DNA of 64,000 nucleotides from an uncultured Gemmatimonadota bacterium (GTDB lineage Bacteria; JAAXHH01): NCBI GenBank assembly GCA_951812955.1, contig OX638340.1, positions 320,001 to 384,000 of the forward strand, read 5' to 3'. Shown piece by piece: positions 55,370 to 64,000 of this stretch (position 1 is its first letter; each line of letters starts with the position of its first letter). The notes under the pieces were generated by a model. It saw only the letters and a program-made list of their open reading frames with translations, ran no database searches and was not told where the DNA came from. The position numbers and the translations under genes were made by a program.

Positions 55370-57937
55370 CTAGATCTCGGAGCGAAGCACTTCCAGCGGG
55401 GACTGACGGTAGATTCCGGTGCTGGCCAGCATGCCCACCGTGATGGTGATCGCCGATATCCCGCCGATCACGGCCACTACGGGGATGAATGCCGGTATGA
55501 AGGAGATATTGAAGACGAATGTGGCAAGAATCCATGTCGCGGCATAGGCCAGCACAACGCCCGTAACGGCGCCGATCGCCCCAAGGAACAGGTACTCGAT
55601 CGACATGATCTTGAGTATCTGATTTCGGGATCCTCCCAGCGTTTTCAGGAGCACGCTCTCCTGCATTCGCTGCAGCCGGCTGTTCGTTACGACACCCACC
55701 AGCACGATTACGCCGGTGAATACGCTGAACAGCGCCATGAAACGGACGATGAGGGAGACTTTCCCGAGGATGTCGTTCAAGGTGCCCAGGATGAGGCTGA
55801 GGTCGATCATGGATACATTGGGGAACCTGCTTACTGTTTCCTGCTGAAAGCGGGCAGAAACCTGCGGATCGTCGATACGCGTCACGATCACGTGGAACTG
55901 GGGCGCTTCTTCCAGCACACCCTCGGGAAAGACAATAAAAAAGTTCGGTTGAACGCGCTGCCAGTCGACGGCCCTCAGGCTGCCCACGGTGGTCTTGACC
56001 GGAATGCCCTGCACATCGAACACGATCTCGTCCCCGATACCCACTCCGAGCCGGTCCGCTATGCTTTTTTCAACGGAAACCAGCACCGTCTCGTGCTCTC
56101 CGTCGACGCGGGGCTGCAACGTGCCTTCCAGGAGCGTTTCCGCATCCTCCAGATGGCCCCGATAGGTAGACCGGTATTCCCGCCGCATCGCCCACCGGGG
56201 CGACCGGTCCGTGGAATCCTGCATGATTTCGGCAGTGGTGCGTCCATTCAAACCGGCCAGGCGCATGCTGACGACGGGCGTTTGTTGCATGACCGGGAGC
56301 CCGTTGCGTTCAAGCGACTCGACGATTTCATCCCGCTGATCCGGCTGGATATCGAACAGGACCATGTTCGACTGCCTCTCCCCTCCGACCTGGGAAATAT
56401 GCCCGACCAGGGAAAACTGAAGCAGGTAGAGGGTCGTCAGCAGGAAAGCCCCCAGCCCGAGGGCCACCACCATCGTAACGGTCTGGTTATCCGGCCTGAA
56501 GAGATTGGCCATGCCCTGCCGCCATACGTACGGCCAGCGCGCGGGCAACAGGCGGCGAGCCATCGCTATGAGGCCGCGGGCGACGAAGCTCAACAGGGCG
56601 AAGGCGACAATCAGCCCCGCCGCGAATCCCACGCCCTGATACCATTGGCGGGACTGTGTGACAGAGAAAAGCACGATCCCGGTGACAAGCACGGCAATCA
56701 GCGCCAGGCGCCACGGATCACGGGCGCCCCGGGATGGCGTTTCGACCGATGAACGGAGCGTAAGCAACGGTGAGATGTCTCTTACCGCGATGAGTGGGAG
56801 GAGGGCGAAAAGCAGGGCCATGAGCAGACCGAGGCCCATGCCCTGCAGGACGGGCAGGTATGAGTAGTGGATATCCAGTTCGAATGGAACGAAGTCCTGT
56901 ATCAGCGCCGGCAGGACCCCGAGTACGAGAAACCCCGCGACCGCGCCGATCGACGAGCCGATTACACCGATGGATACGGCCTGGATGACGTAAATGGTGA
57001 CGGTATGCCGCCCTTCCGCGCCCAGACAGCGCAGTACGGCGATGGTGCCCCGCTTCCGTCTCACGTAGGTATGAATGGCGCTCGCAACGCCTACGCTCCC
57101 GAGGATCAGGGCAATGAAACCGCTCAGGTTCAGAAACCGGTACAGATTGCCCAGGGATCGTTCCAGGCCCGCCTGCCGGTCGGCCACGGTATCCCAGTCC
57201 ATGCCCCACCGCGCCGCCGTATCCGTGCCGTGGGATTCCACCAGTGCCTGCACGTTTACGCTATCGTCGAATCTGAAAAGCGCCCGGTAGGTCGCTCTGC
57301 TTCCGGGCTGGATCAATGCCGTGGACTCCAGATCCGCCAGGGGTATGTAGACGCGGGGACCGATGGTGCTCATGGCCGCCGTTTCGCCCGGAATGGCAAT
57401 CAGCCGTCCCTCGATCTCGAAGGTCCTCAGGCCGACGCGTATGGAGTCGCCGACCTCCGCGCCGTGCTGGATCATCAGGTTGTCGTCCACGAGTGCCGAA
57501 CCCTGGGTCCTGAAGCGTTGTGCGGCGTCCGGAGGGGCCGTCTCCAGCTCGCCGTAGTAGGGGAAATCACCCTCGAGGGCACGGACCTGTACGAGGCGCG
57601 ACGAAGCGGATCGGGGGAAGGCGACCATGGAAGCAAAACTGGTCTGGCGGGACTGCACTCCGCCCAGGCTCTGGAGGAAGACTTCGGCCGAATCGGAGAA
57701 CGCCCGGCGGGTGTTTATGTCTAGGTCGGCGCCTAACAGCGCCTTGGATTCCTGGTTGACCGCGGTCCGCATGCTGTCGCCGAGGGTCCTGATCGAAACG
57801 AGCGCCGCCGTGCCCAGGATAATGGACGACATGTAAAGCAGCAGGCGGCGCCGGTAGGTCCGGCTGTCCCGCCAGGCCATATTGAGCAGCCACTTCAGGT
57901 GCAAAGGTGCGTGTTCACTCGGAGAAGGTGAAGACAT
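55370..57937 (-). CDS. ABC transporter permease, FtsX-like duplicated (YbbP/MacB-type)
   Basis: 855 aa with two FtsX-type 4-TM modules, each preceded by a large periplasmic domain. The ATG at 57937 is 2 nt downstream of the ATPase stop. Confidence 0.85.
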   Translation of the reverse strand: MSSPSPSEHAPLHLKWLLNMAWRDSRTYRRRLLLYMSSIILGTAALVSIRTLGDSMRTAVNQESKALLGADLDINTRRAFSDSAEVFLQSLGGVQSRQTSFASMVAFPRSASSRLVQVRALEGDFPYYGELETAPPDAAQRFRTQGSALVDDNLMIQHGAEVGDSIRVGLRTFEIEGRLIAIPGETAAMSTIGPRVYIPLADLESTALIQPGSRATYRALFRFDDSVNVQALVESHGTDTAARWGMDWDTVADRQAGLERSLGNLYRFLNLSGFIALILGSVGVASAIHTYVRRKRGTIAVLRCLGAEGRHTVTIYVIQAVSIGVIGSSIGAVAGFLVLGVLPALIQDFVPFELDIHYSYLPVLQGMGLGLLMALLFALLPLIAVRDISPLLTLRSSVETPSRGARDPWRLALIAVLVTGIVLFSVTQSRQWYQGVGFAAGLIVAFALLSFVARGLIAMARRLLPARWPYVWRQGMANLFRPDNQTVTMVVALGLGAFLLTTLYLLQFSLVGHISQVGGERQSNMVLFDIQPDQRDEIVESLERNGLPVMQQTPVVSMRLAGLNGRTTAEIMQDSTDRSPRWAMRREYRSTYRGHLEDAETLLEGTLQPRVDGEHETVLVSVEKSIADRLGVGIGDEIVFDVQGIPVKTTVGSLRAVDWQRVQPNFFIVFPEGVLEEAPQFHVIVTRIDDPQVSARFQQETVSRFPNVSMIDLSLILGTLNDILGKVSLIVRFMALFSVFTGVIVLVGVVTNSRLQRMQESVLLKTLGGSRNQILKIMSIEYLFLGAIGAVTGVVLAYAATWILATFVFNISFIPAFIPVVAVIGGISAITITVGMLASTGIYRQSPLEVLRSEI

Positions 57938-57939
57938 GT

Positions 57940-58677
57940 CTAGGTTTCTGGGGTGAGAGACAGGGGGTGGATTTCAGGATAACCCGCGTTTTCCGTGTGG
58001 TAATCTTCGACGATACGGCCGCCGTTCAACCGGATGATCCGCTGCGATCTGCGCGCCAGATCGGGGTTGTGGGTCACCGTCACGAGGGTCGTTCCCGTTT
58101 CTTCGTTCAAATCGAATAGCAGGTCTTCTACCCGCGCGCTCGTTTCCGCGTCCAGATTGCCCGTCGGCTCGTCCACGAAAAGCAGGGAAGGCCGGTTGAT
58201 GAACGCCCTGGCCAGGGCGACGCGCTGTTGTTCGCCGCCGGACAGTTGCACCGGATAGTGTGAGGAGCGATCGGACAGCGCCACACGATCGAGCAGTTCC
58301 ATGGCCCGGCCGTCAACGCCCTTTTCGCCGCGCAGTTCCGCAGGGACCATGACGTTCTCGAGGGCCGTGAGCGTGGGAATGAGCTGGAAATTCTGGAAGA
58401 CGAAGCCCACGCTTCGGTTCCGCACGCGAGCCCTTTCGTCCTCGTCAAGGTCGTCCATGACAATCCCGTTCAGCGATACCGAACCGGTCGTCGCACGGTC
58501 CAGTCCGGCACAGAGACCGAGCAACGTGGTCTTGCCGCTGCCCGATGGGCCGATGATCGCCAGGGACGCCCCCGGCATCAGCTCGAAATCGACATCGCGC
58601 AACACGTGCAGCATCCCGCCGCCGCTCGCATAGGTCTTGCACAGTCCACGGACTGCCAGAATGGGCTGTTCAATCAT
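57940..58677 (-). CDS. ABC transporter ATP-binding protein (YbbA/LolD-like)
   Basis: Walker A GPSGSGKTT, Q-loop, signature LSGGEQQRVALARA, Walker B LLFVDEPTGNLD, H-loop. Start at MIEQP (58677) overlaps the GDPD stop (ATGA). The ORF-track start is 58830. Confidence 0.9.
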   Translation of the reverse strand: MIEQPILAVRGLCKTYASGGGMLHVLRDVDFELMPGASLAIIGPSGSGKTTLLGLCAGLDRATTGSVSLNGIVMDDLDEDERARVRNRSVGFVFQNFQLIPTLTALENVMVPAELRGEKGVDGRAMELLDRVALSDRSSHYPVQLSGGEQQRVALARAFINRPSLLFVDEPTGNLDAETSARVEDLLFDLNEETGTTLVTVTHNPDLARRSQRIIRLNGGRIVEDYHTENAGYPEIHPLSLTPET

Positions 58678-59618
58678 GATCCGGTCGGCTCCTCGCTGGT
58701 CTGGTTCCCCTCTGGCTGCCCGGGGCCTCTTCCCAGCAGTCTCAGGAGACGGTCCGGATAATCCGTGATGATGCCGTCTACACCGTGTTCGATTAGGCGT
58801 TTCATGTCTGCTTCCTCGTTGATGGTCCACACGTACACGTCCACGTTGTGCCGGTGAGCGCCCGAAACGAACCGTTCGTTCACCATGGGCAGATCCCTGA
58901 AGCTGGGTGGCACCTGCATCGTTTCACCCTCGGGCACAAAGGCAAATCCGAGCCGCGCGGTATTCAACACCCAGAACAAGAGCACTTCTCCGGCCGTGGA
59001 CGACGTGGCGATTCCCGGGTTGTTGTCCCGGATGTATTTGACACTCTCGCCCTGAAACGACGCGATGACCTTGCGTTCCGGATTCGGACTCGCTCCGATG
59101 ACATTCGAGAAGCGTTCCCTTGCGGCGTTGGATACGGCCTTCAGTTCGATGATCATTCTTGCATCAGGGAGCGTGGAAAGCACTTCGGCGAGTGAAGACA
59201 CTTTCAATCCCATGCCCCGGTAGGGAAAGCTCGCGCCGTCGTCCGGCGTCCAGTGGTATCCCGCGTCGAGATCCTGCAATGCCGCCCAGGTCATCCCGTC
59301 GACGCGGCCCGATCCGTCGGTCGTGCGGTCCACCGTGGCATCGTGTATGACGACCAGTTTGCCGTCGCTGGTGGCATGCACGTCGAATTCTAGGGCGTCC
59401 GCACCGGATTCAATGGCGTTTCTGAAGGCGTACAGGGTGTTTTCCGGCCACTGTGCGGCGCCTCCGCGGTGCGCGATGACCAGGGGACGGTCCGTCTGTG
59501 TGAATGAATGCTCGGGCATGGGACGATTTGTCACCGTGGCGTATGACAGGATCACGACGAGAATGGCCGCAACGGCGACCGACAACCGAACGAACCACTT
59601 CCAGATGAATCTGATCAT
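58674..59618 (-). CDS. glycerophosphodiester phosphodiesterase
   Basis: GDPD motifs VIAHRGG..ENT..AF...GAD.LEFDVH.T.DG..VV.HD. N-terminal TM or signal anchor. Confidence 0.85.
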   Translation of the reverse strand: MIRFIWKWFVRLSVAVAAILVVILSYATVTNRPMPEHSFTQTDRPLVIAHRGGAAQWPENTLYAFRNAIESGADALEFDVHATSDGKLVVIHDATVDRTTDGSGRVDGMTWAALQDLDAGYHWTPDDGASFPYRGMGLKVSSLAEVLSTLPDARMIIELKAVSNAARERFSNVIGASPNPERKVIASFQGESVKYIRDNNPGIATSSTAGEVLLFWVLNTARLGFAFVPEGETMQVPPSFRDLPMVNERFVSGAHRHNVDVYVWTINEEADMKRLIEHGVDGIITDYPDRLLRLLGRGPGQPEGNQTSEEPTGS

Positions 59619-59637
59619 TTACAAGCCGCGGTTGGGG

Positions 59638-60063
59638 TTACAAGGGCCAGTCGTGCAATATGCGCTCCACCTCTTCGGCGTGACCGCTTTCGTCGCGAAT
59701 CATGTCTTCCAACTGGATCATGAGTCCGTAATCTCCGTACGCTTCCGCCTCTGCACGCCGCTGAACGTACCGCTTGACGATCGTGAGCTCGTCTTCGAGC
59801 ATCGTCTCCAGGTTGGCCCGGTTCGAGTCGCTGACCTTGATAGGCCTTGGTACGGTCGTGGGCTCGCCGCCCAGCACCACGATCTTATTGGCGAGATACT
59901 GCGCGTGAAGCTGTTCGTCCGGTACCTCGTCGAGGAAAAACTTCGACAGTTCGGGACGGTAGGGTCCGCTGGCCTTGGCCGCGTAAATGGTAAACTGTAT
60001 GATCGCGCCCAGTTCGGCGGCCAGGTCTCCGTTCAGATTGTCAATCAGGGTCTGCTTGTCCAT
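59638..60063 (-). CDS. ferritin-like (bacterioferritin-like) protein
   Basis: 141 aa four-helix-bundle pattern with a Bfr-like N-terminus (LIDNLNGDLAAELGAIIQFTIYA) and E...ExxH di-iron ligands (LEDELT..., DESGHAEE). Confidence 0.7.
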   Translation of the reverse strand: MDKQTLIDNLNGDLAAELGAIIQFTIYAAKASGPYRPELSKFFLDEVPDEQLHAQYLANKIVVLGGEPTTVPRPIKVSDSNRANLETMLEDELTIVKRYVQRRAEAEAYGDYGLMIQLEDMIRDESGHAEEVERILHDWPL

Positions 60064-60217
60064 GGTGCTTCTCCTTTATCTTCGAATGTTTCTTTGACAA
60101 ACGACGGCGTCCTATCCTTCGCCCGTTTTCATGATACGTAATCCGGCGTTCATAAACAAAGCGATAGTTCGCGCCCAGTCTTCAGGCAGTTGGAACTGTA
60201 TAAATCCTATGCCGGGA

Positions 60218-61237
60218 TCAAGCCATTTCGAGTACGGCCTTGACCACGCCGTTGTCGGGGTCGAGCCACGTGGGGAAATCTGCCAGCATGCGTTCCGGGC
60301 CGGCCGTATGGGTAATCCAGGGCGAAGTGTCGACCCGGCCGGACTCGATATGGTCGATGACCCGCTGCAGGTCTGACGCACGGGCGTTCCGGCTGCTGAG
60401 CAGGGTCATCTCCCGCCGGTGAAAACCGGGTCCGTCGAACGAGATCTCCGACCCGGTGATGCCGACGTAGACCAGTCGCCCGCCGTTGGATACATACTCG
60501 TGGGCTCGCATCATGGACCCGGCGTGGCCGGTGGCGTCGAAGACGGCCGTGGGCAGTTCGCCGCCCAGCACCCGGTACAGCTTCGACTCCACGTCGGCGG
60601 TGCTGGTAATCACCTCGAAGAGGTCGTAACGCCGCTTGCAGAATTCGATGCGCCGCGGGCTGATCTCAAGCAGGATCACCCGCGCTCCGGCCAGCAGCGC
60701 GAAGGTCAGCACGGATAGGCCGATGGGTCCGGCGCCGATGAGCAGGACGGTTTCTCCCTCCTCGATCGCGGCCCGGTCCACGGCGTGGGCGCCGATGCTC
60801 AGCGTCTCCACCAGGGCCAGCTGTTCCAGGGACAGGACATCCGATCGCAGCAGCTTCGCGGCGGGGAGCGTCAGGACGTCCCGCATGCCGCCGTCCACGT
60901 GGACGCCCAGGACGTCAAGGTTCGTACAGCAGTTCGTCTTGCCCATGCGGCACGGCACGCAATCACCGCAATCCATGTAGGGTACGACGGCGCAGTGGTC
61001 GCCGGGACGGACCAGGGACGCGTCCGGGCCCGTCGCGAGGACCTCCACGCCCAGTTCGTGCCCCAGGATGCGGGGATAGTCGAAGAAGGGTTGCGTTCCC
61101 TCGAAGGCATGGAGGTCCGTCCCGCAGATCCCGACCCGCCTGATGCGCACCAGGGCTTCGCCGCGACCCGGAGGCGTGGGCTCGGGGGTATGCTCAAGGA
61201 CAAAACGGCCGGGTTCTTCGAGTACGATGGTCGGCAT
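60218..61237 (-). CDS. zinc-dependent alcohol dehydrogenase (MDR family)
   Basis: CGTDLHAF...GHELG catalytic zinc, structural zinc CGDCVPCRMGKTNC, Rossmann LIGAGPIG. Confidence 0.9.
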   Translation of the reverse strand: MPTIVLEEPGRFVLEHTPEPTPPGRGEALVRIRRVGICGTDLHAFEGTQPFFDYPRILGHELGVEVLATGPDASLVRPGDHCAVVPYMDCGDCVPCRMGKTNCCTNLDVLGVHVDGGMRDVLTLPAAKLLRSDVLSLEQLALVETLSIGAHAVDRAAIEEGETVLLIGAGPIGLSVLTFALLAGARVILLEISPRRIEFCKRRYDLFEVITSTADVESKLYRVLGGELPTAVFDATGHAGSMMRAHEYVSNGGRLVYVGITGSEISFDGPGFHRREMTLLSSRNARASDLQRVIDHIESGRVDTSPWITHTAGPERMLADFPTWLDPDNGVVKAVLEMA

Positions 61238-61255
61238 GTGGCCTGGACTCGCTTT

Positions 61256-62365
61256 TCAGGTGAGCAGGGCGGACAGCAGCGGCGGTTTGCGCTGGAACTT
61301 GTCGACGTATGCTTCGAAGGTCGGCAATAGCCGCAGTTTCACCTTGGTTTCATGGTCAATGGCGATAGATTCGAGCCGGTGGTCGAGGAATGGGTTTCGG
61401 AACCGTTCGATGCAGTCTTCCGCGAAGGCGCGGGCGTCTTCCACCTCGTCCGGCAGCGACGGCACGATTTCCTCGAGCATCAGTTCCCGCAGCCAGGGTC
61501 CCGTCTCCACGTGATCCACCGCCTCCCGGACGGTCCGTATGCCCAGCGGCACGGCCCGGCACACCAGCGCCGTGTGGGCGCCGTTGAGCACCCTCACCTT
61601 GCGCAACGCGTAGGGACGGACGTCACGGGTCCGCACCAGTGCCGGATGCTCGATGAACGGGGCGGCGTCCGGCCGGTCCTCCAGGGCCCAGAACGCGAAG
61701 GGTTCGGTCAGCGCCAGAAGCCCGTCGCCGTGGGGATTGGGAAAATCCGTGGGCGGTTCGACAGTGATCCGGTCCACGAGCGTATGCAGCCAGACCACAC
61801 GCCCGTCCATCCAGTCCAGGAAACCGTCCCCGAGCTTCCATTCGCGTCCCAGCGTCCGGACAAGCCGGCGCAGGACCCCTGCGTTTTCGTCGATCAGCTC
61901 GCAGGGGATGACGGTCACCGGCGCGCCGCCGTTCTCGTAGCGCTCCTTGAGGACCCGCAGCAACTTGCCGGGGAAGGAATCCGGCGGCGAACCGTCCGGC
62001 CGTTCCGATTCCGGTACGTCATATCCTGTCTCCGAAGTGTTGGAGAGGATATACTCTGTGGAAGGATCGCGACCCACGGCCAACACGGCTTCCCAGTCGT
62101 CCCTGGCGCTCAGGGCCCTCGAGACGCTGTCCACCTCGATGGTTTCATCGATCCGCCTGCCGTCGCGGATTCCCCGCACGCGGATGTGGTAACGGCCGTC
62201 CTGTTCATTGAATAACCTGGAACGACCGCTTCCTGTGGACTGGACGACGACTACCCGGCCTATGGACTGGCCGCACTGCCTGGCCTCGTGGATGAAGAGG
62301 TCGGCGAAAGCACGGAGGAACCGGCCGCTTCCGAACTGGAGAACCGATTCAGCCGGCGCCATCAT
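61256..62365 (-). CDS. mannitol dehydrogenase family protein (altronate/tagaturonate reductase-like, short form)
   Basis: N-terminal Rossmann LQFGSGRFLRAF and C-terminal mannitol-DH domain pattern (VLNGAHT). 369 aa is shorter than canonical UxaB. Confidence 0.65.
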   Translation of the reverse strand: MMAPAESVLQFGSGRFLRAFADLFIHEARQCGQSIGRVVVVQSTGSGRSRLFNEQDGRYHIRVRGIRDGRRIDETIEVDSVSRALSARDDWEAVLAVGRDPSTEYILSNTSETGYDVPESERPDGSPPDSFPGKLLRVLKERYENGGAPVTVIPCELIDENAGVLRRLVRTLGREWKLGDGFLDWMDGRVVWLHTLVDRITVEPPTDFPNPHGDGLLALTEPFAFWALEDRPDAAPFIEHPALVRTRDVRPYALRKVRVLNGAHTALVCRAVPLGIRTVREAVDHVETGPWLRELMLEEIVPSLPDEVEDARAFAEDCIERFRNPFLDHRLESIAIDHETKVKLRLLPTFEAYVDKFQRKPPLLSALLT

Positions 62366-63146
62366 CCGATTCCCTTCGCTTGGCTTCGTCCCATAGCGCG
62401 TCCAGTTCCCCGAAGGTGGCCCGCTCCAGGCTATCTCCCTTGAGTTCGAGGGCGGCCTCGATGTACCGGAAACGCCGGATGAACTTGTCGTTGCTCCTTC
62501 TGAGAGCGTCTTCCGGCGGCACGTTCAGGTGACGGGACAGGTTCACAAGGGAGAACAGCAGGTCTCCAATCTCCTCCTCGATTTTCGTCCTTTCCCCCTT
62601 CTCCAGGGCGCGTCGCACCTCGTCGATTTCTTCGACTACCTTCTCAAGCACCTCCTTCACGTCGTCCCAATCGAAGTTGACCCGGGCGACCTTTTCCTGG
62701 ATGCGGTAGGCTCGGAGCAGGGCCGGCATGCCCGCCGGAAGACCGTCGAGCACCGACTTCCGGTCTTCGCTCCCTTTCTCTTCCCGCTTGATCTTCTCCC
62801 AGTTTGTCAGTACCTCGTCGGCCGTGTCTGCCCGCGTGTCTCCGAAAACGTGGGGATGGCGACGCACGAGCTTTTCATTAATCGCCCGGGCCACGTCGTG
62901 GACGTCGAACCGCCGCTCCTCGGCGGCGATTTGCGCATGGAATACGACCTGGAGGAGCAGGTCGCCCAGTTCGTCCCGGAAGTCGCCGTCACCGCCGTTG
63001 TCCAGCGCGTCCAGCACCTCGTAAGCTTCCTCGATCAGGTACGGCCGCAGGGTCTGGTGGGTCTGTTCCCTGTCCCAGGGACATCCCCCGTCCGACCTGA
63101 GTTTCGCCATGATTTCCACGAGTTCTTCGAATGGGGTAAGTTGCAT
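62349..63146 (-). CDS. mazG: nucleoside triphosphate pyrophosphohydrolase MazG
   Basis: Tandem MazG domains (EE.YE..DA...GD..EL.EELGDLLLQVVFH; second EEIGDLLFSLVNLSRH). Start at MQLTPFEEL (63146). The ORF-track ATG at 63191 would place the N-terminus inside a tandem repeat. Confidence 0.85.
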   Translation of the reverse strand: MQLTPFEELVEIMAKLRSDGGCPWDREQTHQTLRPYLIEEAYEVLDALDNGGDGDFRDELGDLLLQVVFHAQIAAEERRFDVHDVARAINEKLVRRHPHVFGDTRADTADEVLTNWEKIKREEKGSEDRKSVLDGLPAGMPALLRAYRIQEKVARVNFDWDDVKEVLEKVVEEIDEVRRALEKGERTKIEEEIGDLLFSLVNLSRHLNVPPEDALRRSNDKFIRRFRYIEAALELKGDSLERATFGELDALWDEAKRRESDDGAG

Positions 63147-63168
63147 TTCCAGGCATCCATTGATTGCG

Positions 63169-63232
63169 CGACATCGGAGCTTGCGCGGCATCTGAGCTTG
63201 TCCGGCATCTGAGCTTGCGCGACATCGGATCC
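63169..63232. repeat. 17-bp tandem repeat x about 3.7 upstream of mazG
   Basis: CGACATCGGAGCTTGCG / CGGCATCTGAGCTTGTC / CGGCATCTGAGCTTGCG / CGACATCGGATCC, head to tail, 23 nt upstream of the chosen mazG start. Confidence 0.65.
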
Positions 63233-63547
63233 CTTCTGCCCAGGTGGTTCCGGCGGCAGATTCGCGCTTCGGCGGAAGGTTCGCTCACCGGCGGCCGGAT
63301 CAGGTTCCGGCGGCGGGTTAATCTACAATAATCGGTCCTGTTCGGCAAGCGAGGTGTGATTCTGAGTCGGATCGATGCGAAATGGCCGTATCTCCGGTTA
63401 CTTCCGCCCCTCGTCCACACCAAGAAAACTATTGACGTAAGCCCTTGAAAAACCTACATTGTTTAGGTTTAACGGGAATCGATCCCGTAACCGTTTCAGG
63501 ATCACTGCGCAAGGGAGGAACAAGGGGTCCGGAAAGGCGTGCAAGGC

Positions 63548-64000
63548 ATGGTAAGCGAGCATGTCCTCGTTCTGAACCAGAACTACGAGCCCTTGAGTGT
63601 TTGCACGGCAAGGCGGGCGGTAATCCTCGTGTTTCTGCGCAAGGCGGAGATCATTGACAAATACGCGGAACCGGTGCGTGGCGTGTACACGATGTTCGAC
63701 CGGCCCAGTATCGTCCGGCTGGTGAACTTCGTACGCATTCCCAGCAAGGGTATCATGCTGTCCCGCAAGAACATCCTCAAGCGGGACGGCCACCAGTGCC
63801 AGTATTGCAGCACAACGCGGGGCCCACTGACCGTGGATCATGTCCTGCCCAGGTACCTGGGAGGATCGGACAGCTGGGAGAACATGGTCTGCGCCTGCCA
63901 GCGGTGCAACAACAAAAAAGGGGACAGGCTCCCAGAAGAAGCGAACATGGAGCTCAGACGCAAGCCCAAGGCGCCCAGCAGGATTCACTTTATCCGGGAT
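63548..64000 (+). CDS. HNH endonuclease (3' end beyond window)
   Basis: Not in the ORF track because no stop falls inside the window. ATG at 63548. HNH pattern RDGHQCQYC...VDHVLP...N...CACQRCNNKKGD (His-Asn-His with zinc CxxC pairs). Confidence 0.8.
   Translation, partial: MVSEHVLVLNQNYEPLSVCTARRAVILVFLRKAEIIDKYAEPVRGVYTMFDRPSIVRLVNFVRIPSKGIMLSRKNILKRDGHQCQYCSTTRGPLTVDHVLPRYLGGSDSWENMVCACQRCNNKKGDRLPEEANMELRRKPKAPSRIHFIRD

Noticed and set aside
63440-63475. Hairpin AAACCTAcattgttTAGGTTT upstream of HNH gene as terminator
   Set aside because: It is a 7-bp AT-rich stem without a U-tract. It is more likely a weak regulatory palindrome, with insufficient evidence.
1-64000. tRNA, rRNA or tmRNA genes; integrase, transposase or IS elements flanking the low-GC island
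   Set aside because: No cloverleaf-compatible GC-rich 70-90 nt segments (for example a GGTTCGAATCC T-arm) are in any intergenic region. No ORF has DDE, tyrosine-recombinase or serine-recombinase motifs. The island's mobility mechanism therefore remains unidentified.

Overview
This is a 64 kb, high-GC (~60-65%) bacterial chromosomal segment with dense coding on both strands. Genes are mostly metabolic; no rRNA, tRNA, CRISPR array, integrase or transposase was recognised. Recognisable content falls into these groups.

- **Protein repair and housekeeping:** MBL-fold hydrolase, pcm, NUDIX, MazG, ferritin-like protein, SPFH protein.
- **Peptide and D-amino-acid utilisation:** D-aminoacylase-like amidohydrolase, PepF, M19 dipeptidase, family-5 lipoprotein SBP, D-amino-acid dehydrogenase, GGT, kynureninase.
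- **Sugar-acid and aromatic-type catabolic enzymes:**
  - two xylose-isomerase-like TIM barrels;
  - two enolase-superfamily dehydratases;
  - two HpcH aldolases;
  - an RraA-like aldolase;
  - Gfo/Idh/MocA, a mannitol-DH-family enzyme, SMP-30;
  - five zinc ADHs and one iron ADH;
  - three phytanoyl-CoA-dioxygenase paralogues.
- **Transport:** MATE efflux pump, TRAP DctQM without DctP, an NCS2 permease carrying an extra C-terminal domain, and a FtsX/ABC pair with TesA-like esterase and GDPD in the E. coli tesA-ybbA-ybbP arrangement.
- **Eukaryote-like repeat proteins:** a Sel1-repeat protein and a Kelch-repeat protein.

The most unusual locus is a short low-GC island at 24.96-26.9 kb. It carries a translationally coupled pair: a 328-aa uncharacterised protein followed by a PIN-domain (VapC-like) nuclease. 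It is wedged between a MATE gene and a large hypothetical gene, and is the best candidate here for an undescribed toxin/defence-type module.

Other points of interest:
- a secreted Sel1-repeat protein with a Trp-rich segment and a very long basic, low-complexity tail;
- a phytanoyl-CoA dioxygenase / HTTM-like membrane protein / asparagine-synthetase-like operon;
- several tandem and direct repeats and AT-rich intergenic islands, one with a consensus sigma70-like promoter plus nested palindromes.

Many long antisense ORFs in the ORF track are GC-driven shadows and were rejected. Start codons were refined by motif and Shine-Dalgarno inspection where possible. The ORF track uses GTG/TTG as 'M', so several true starts are internal ATGs.
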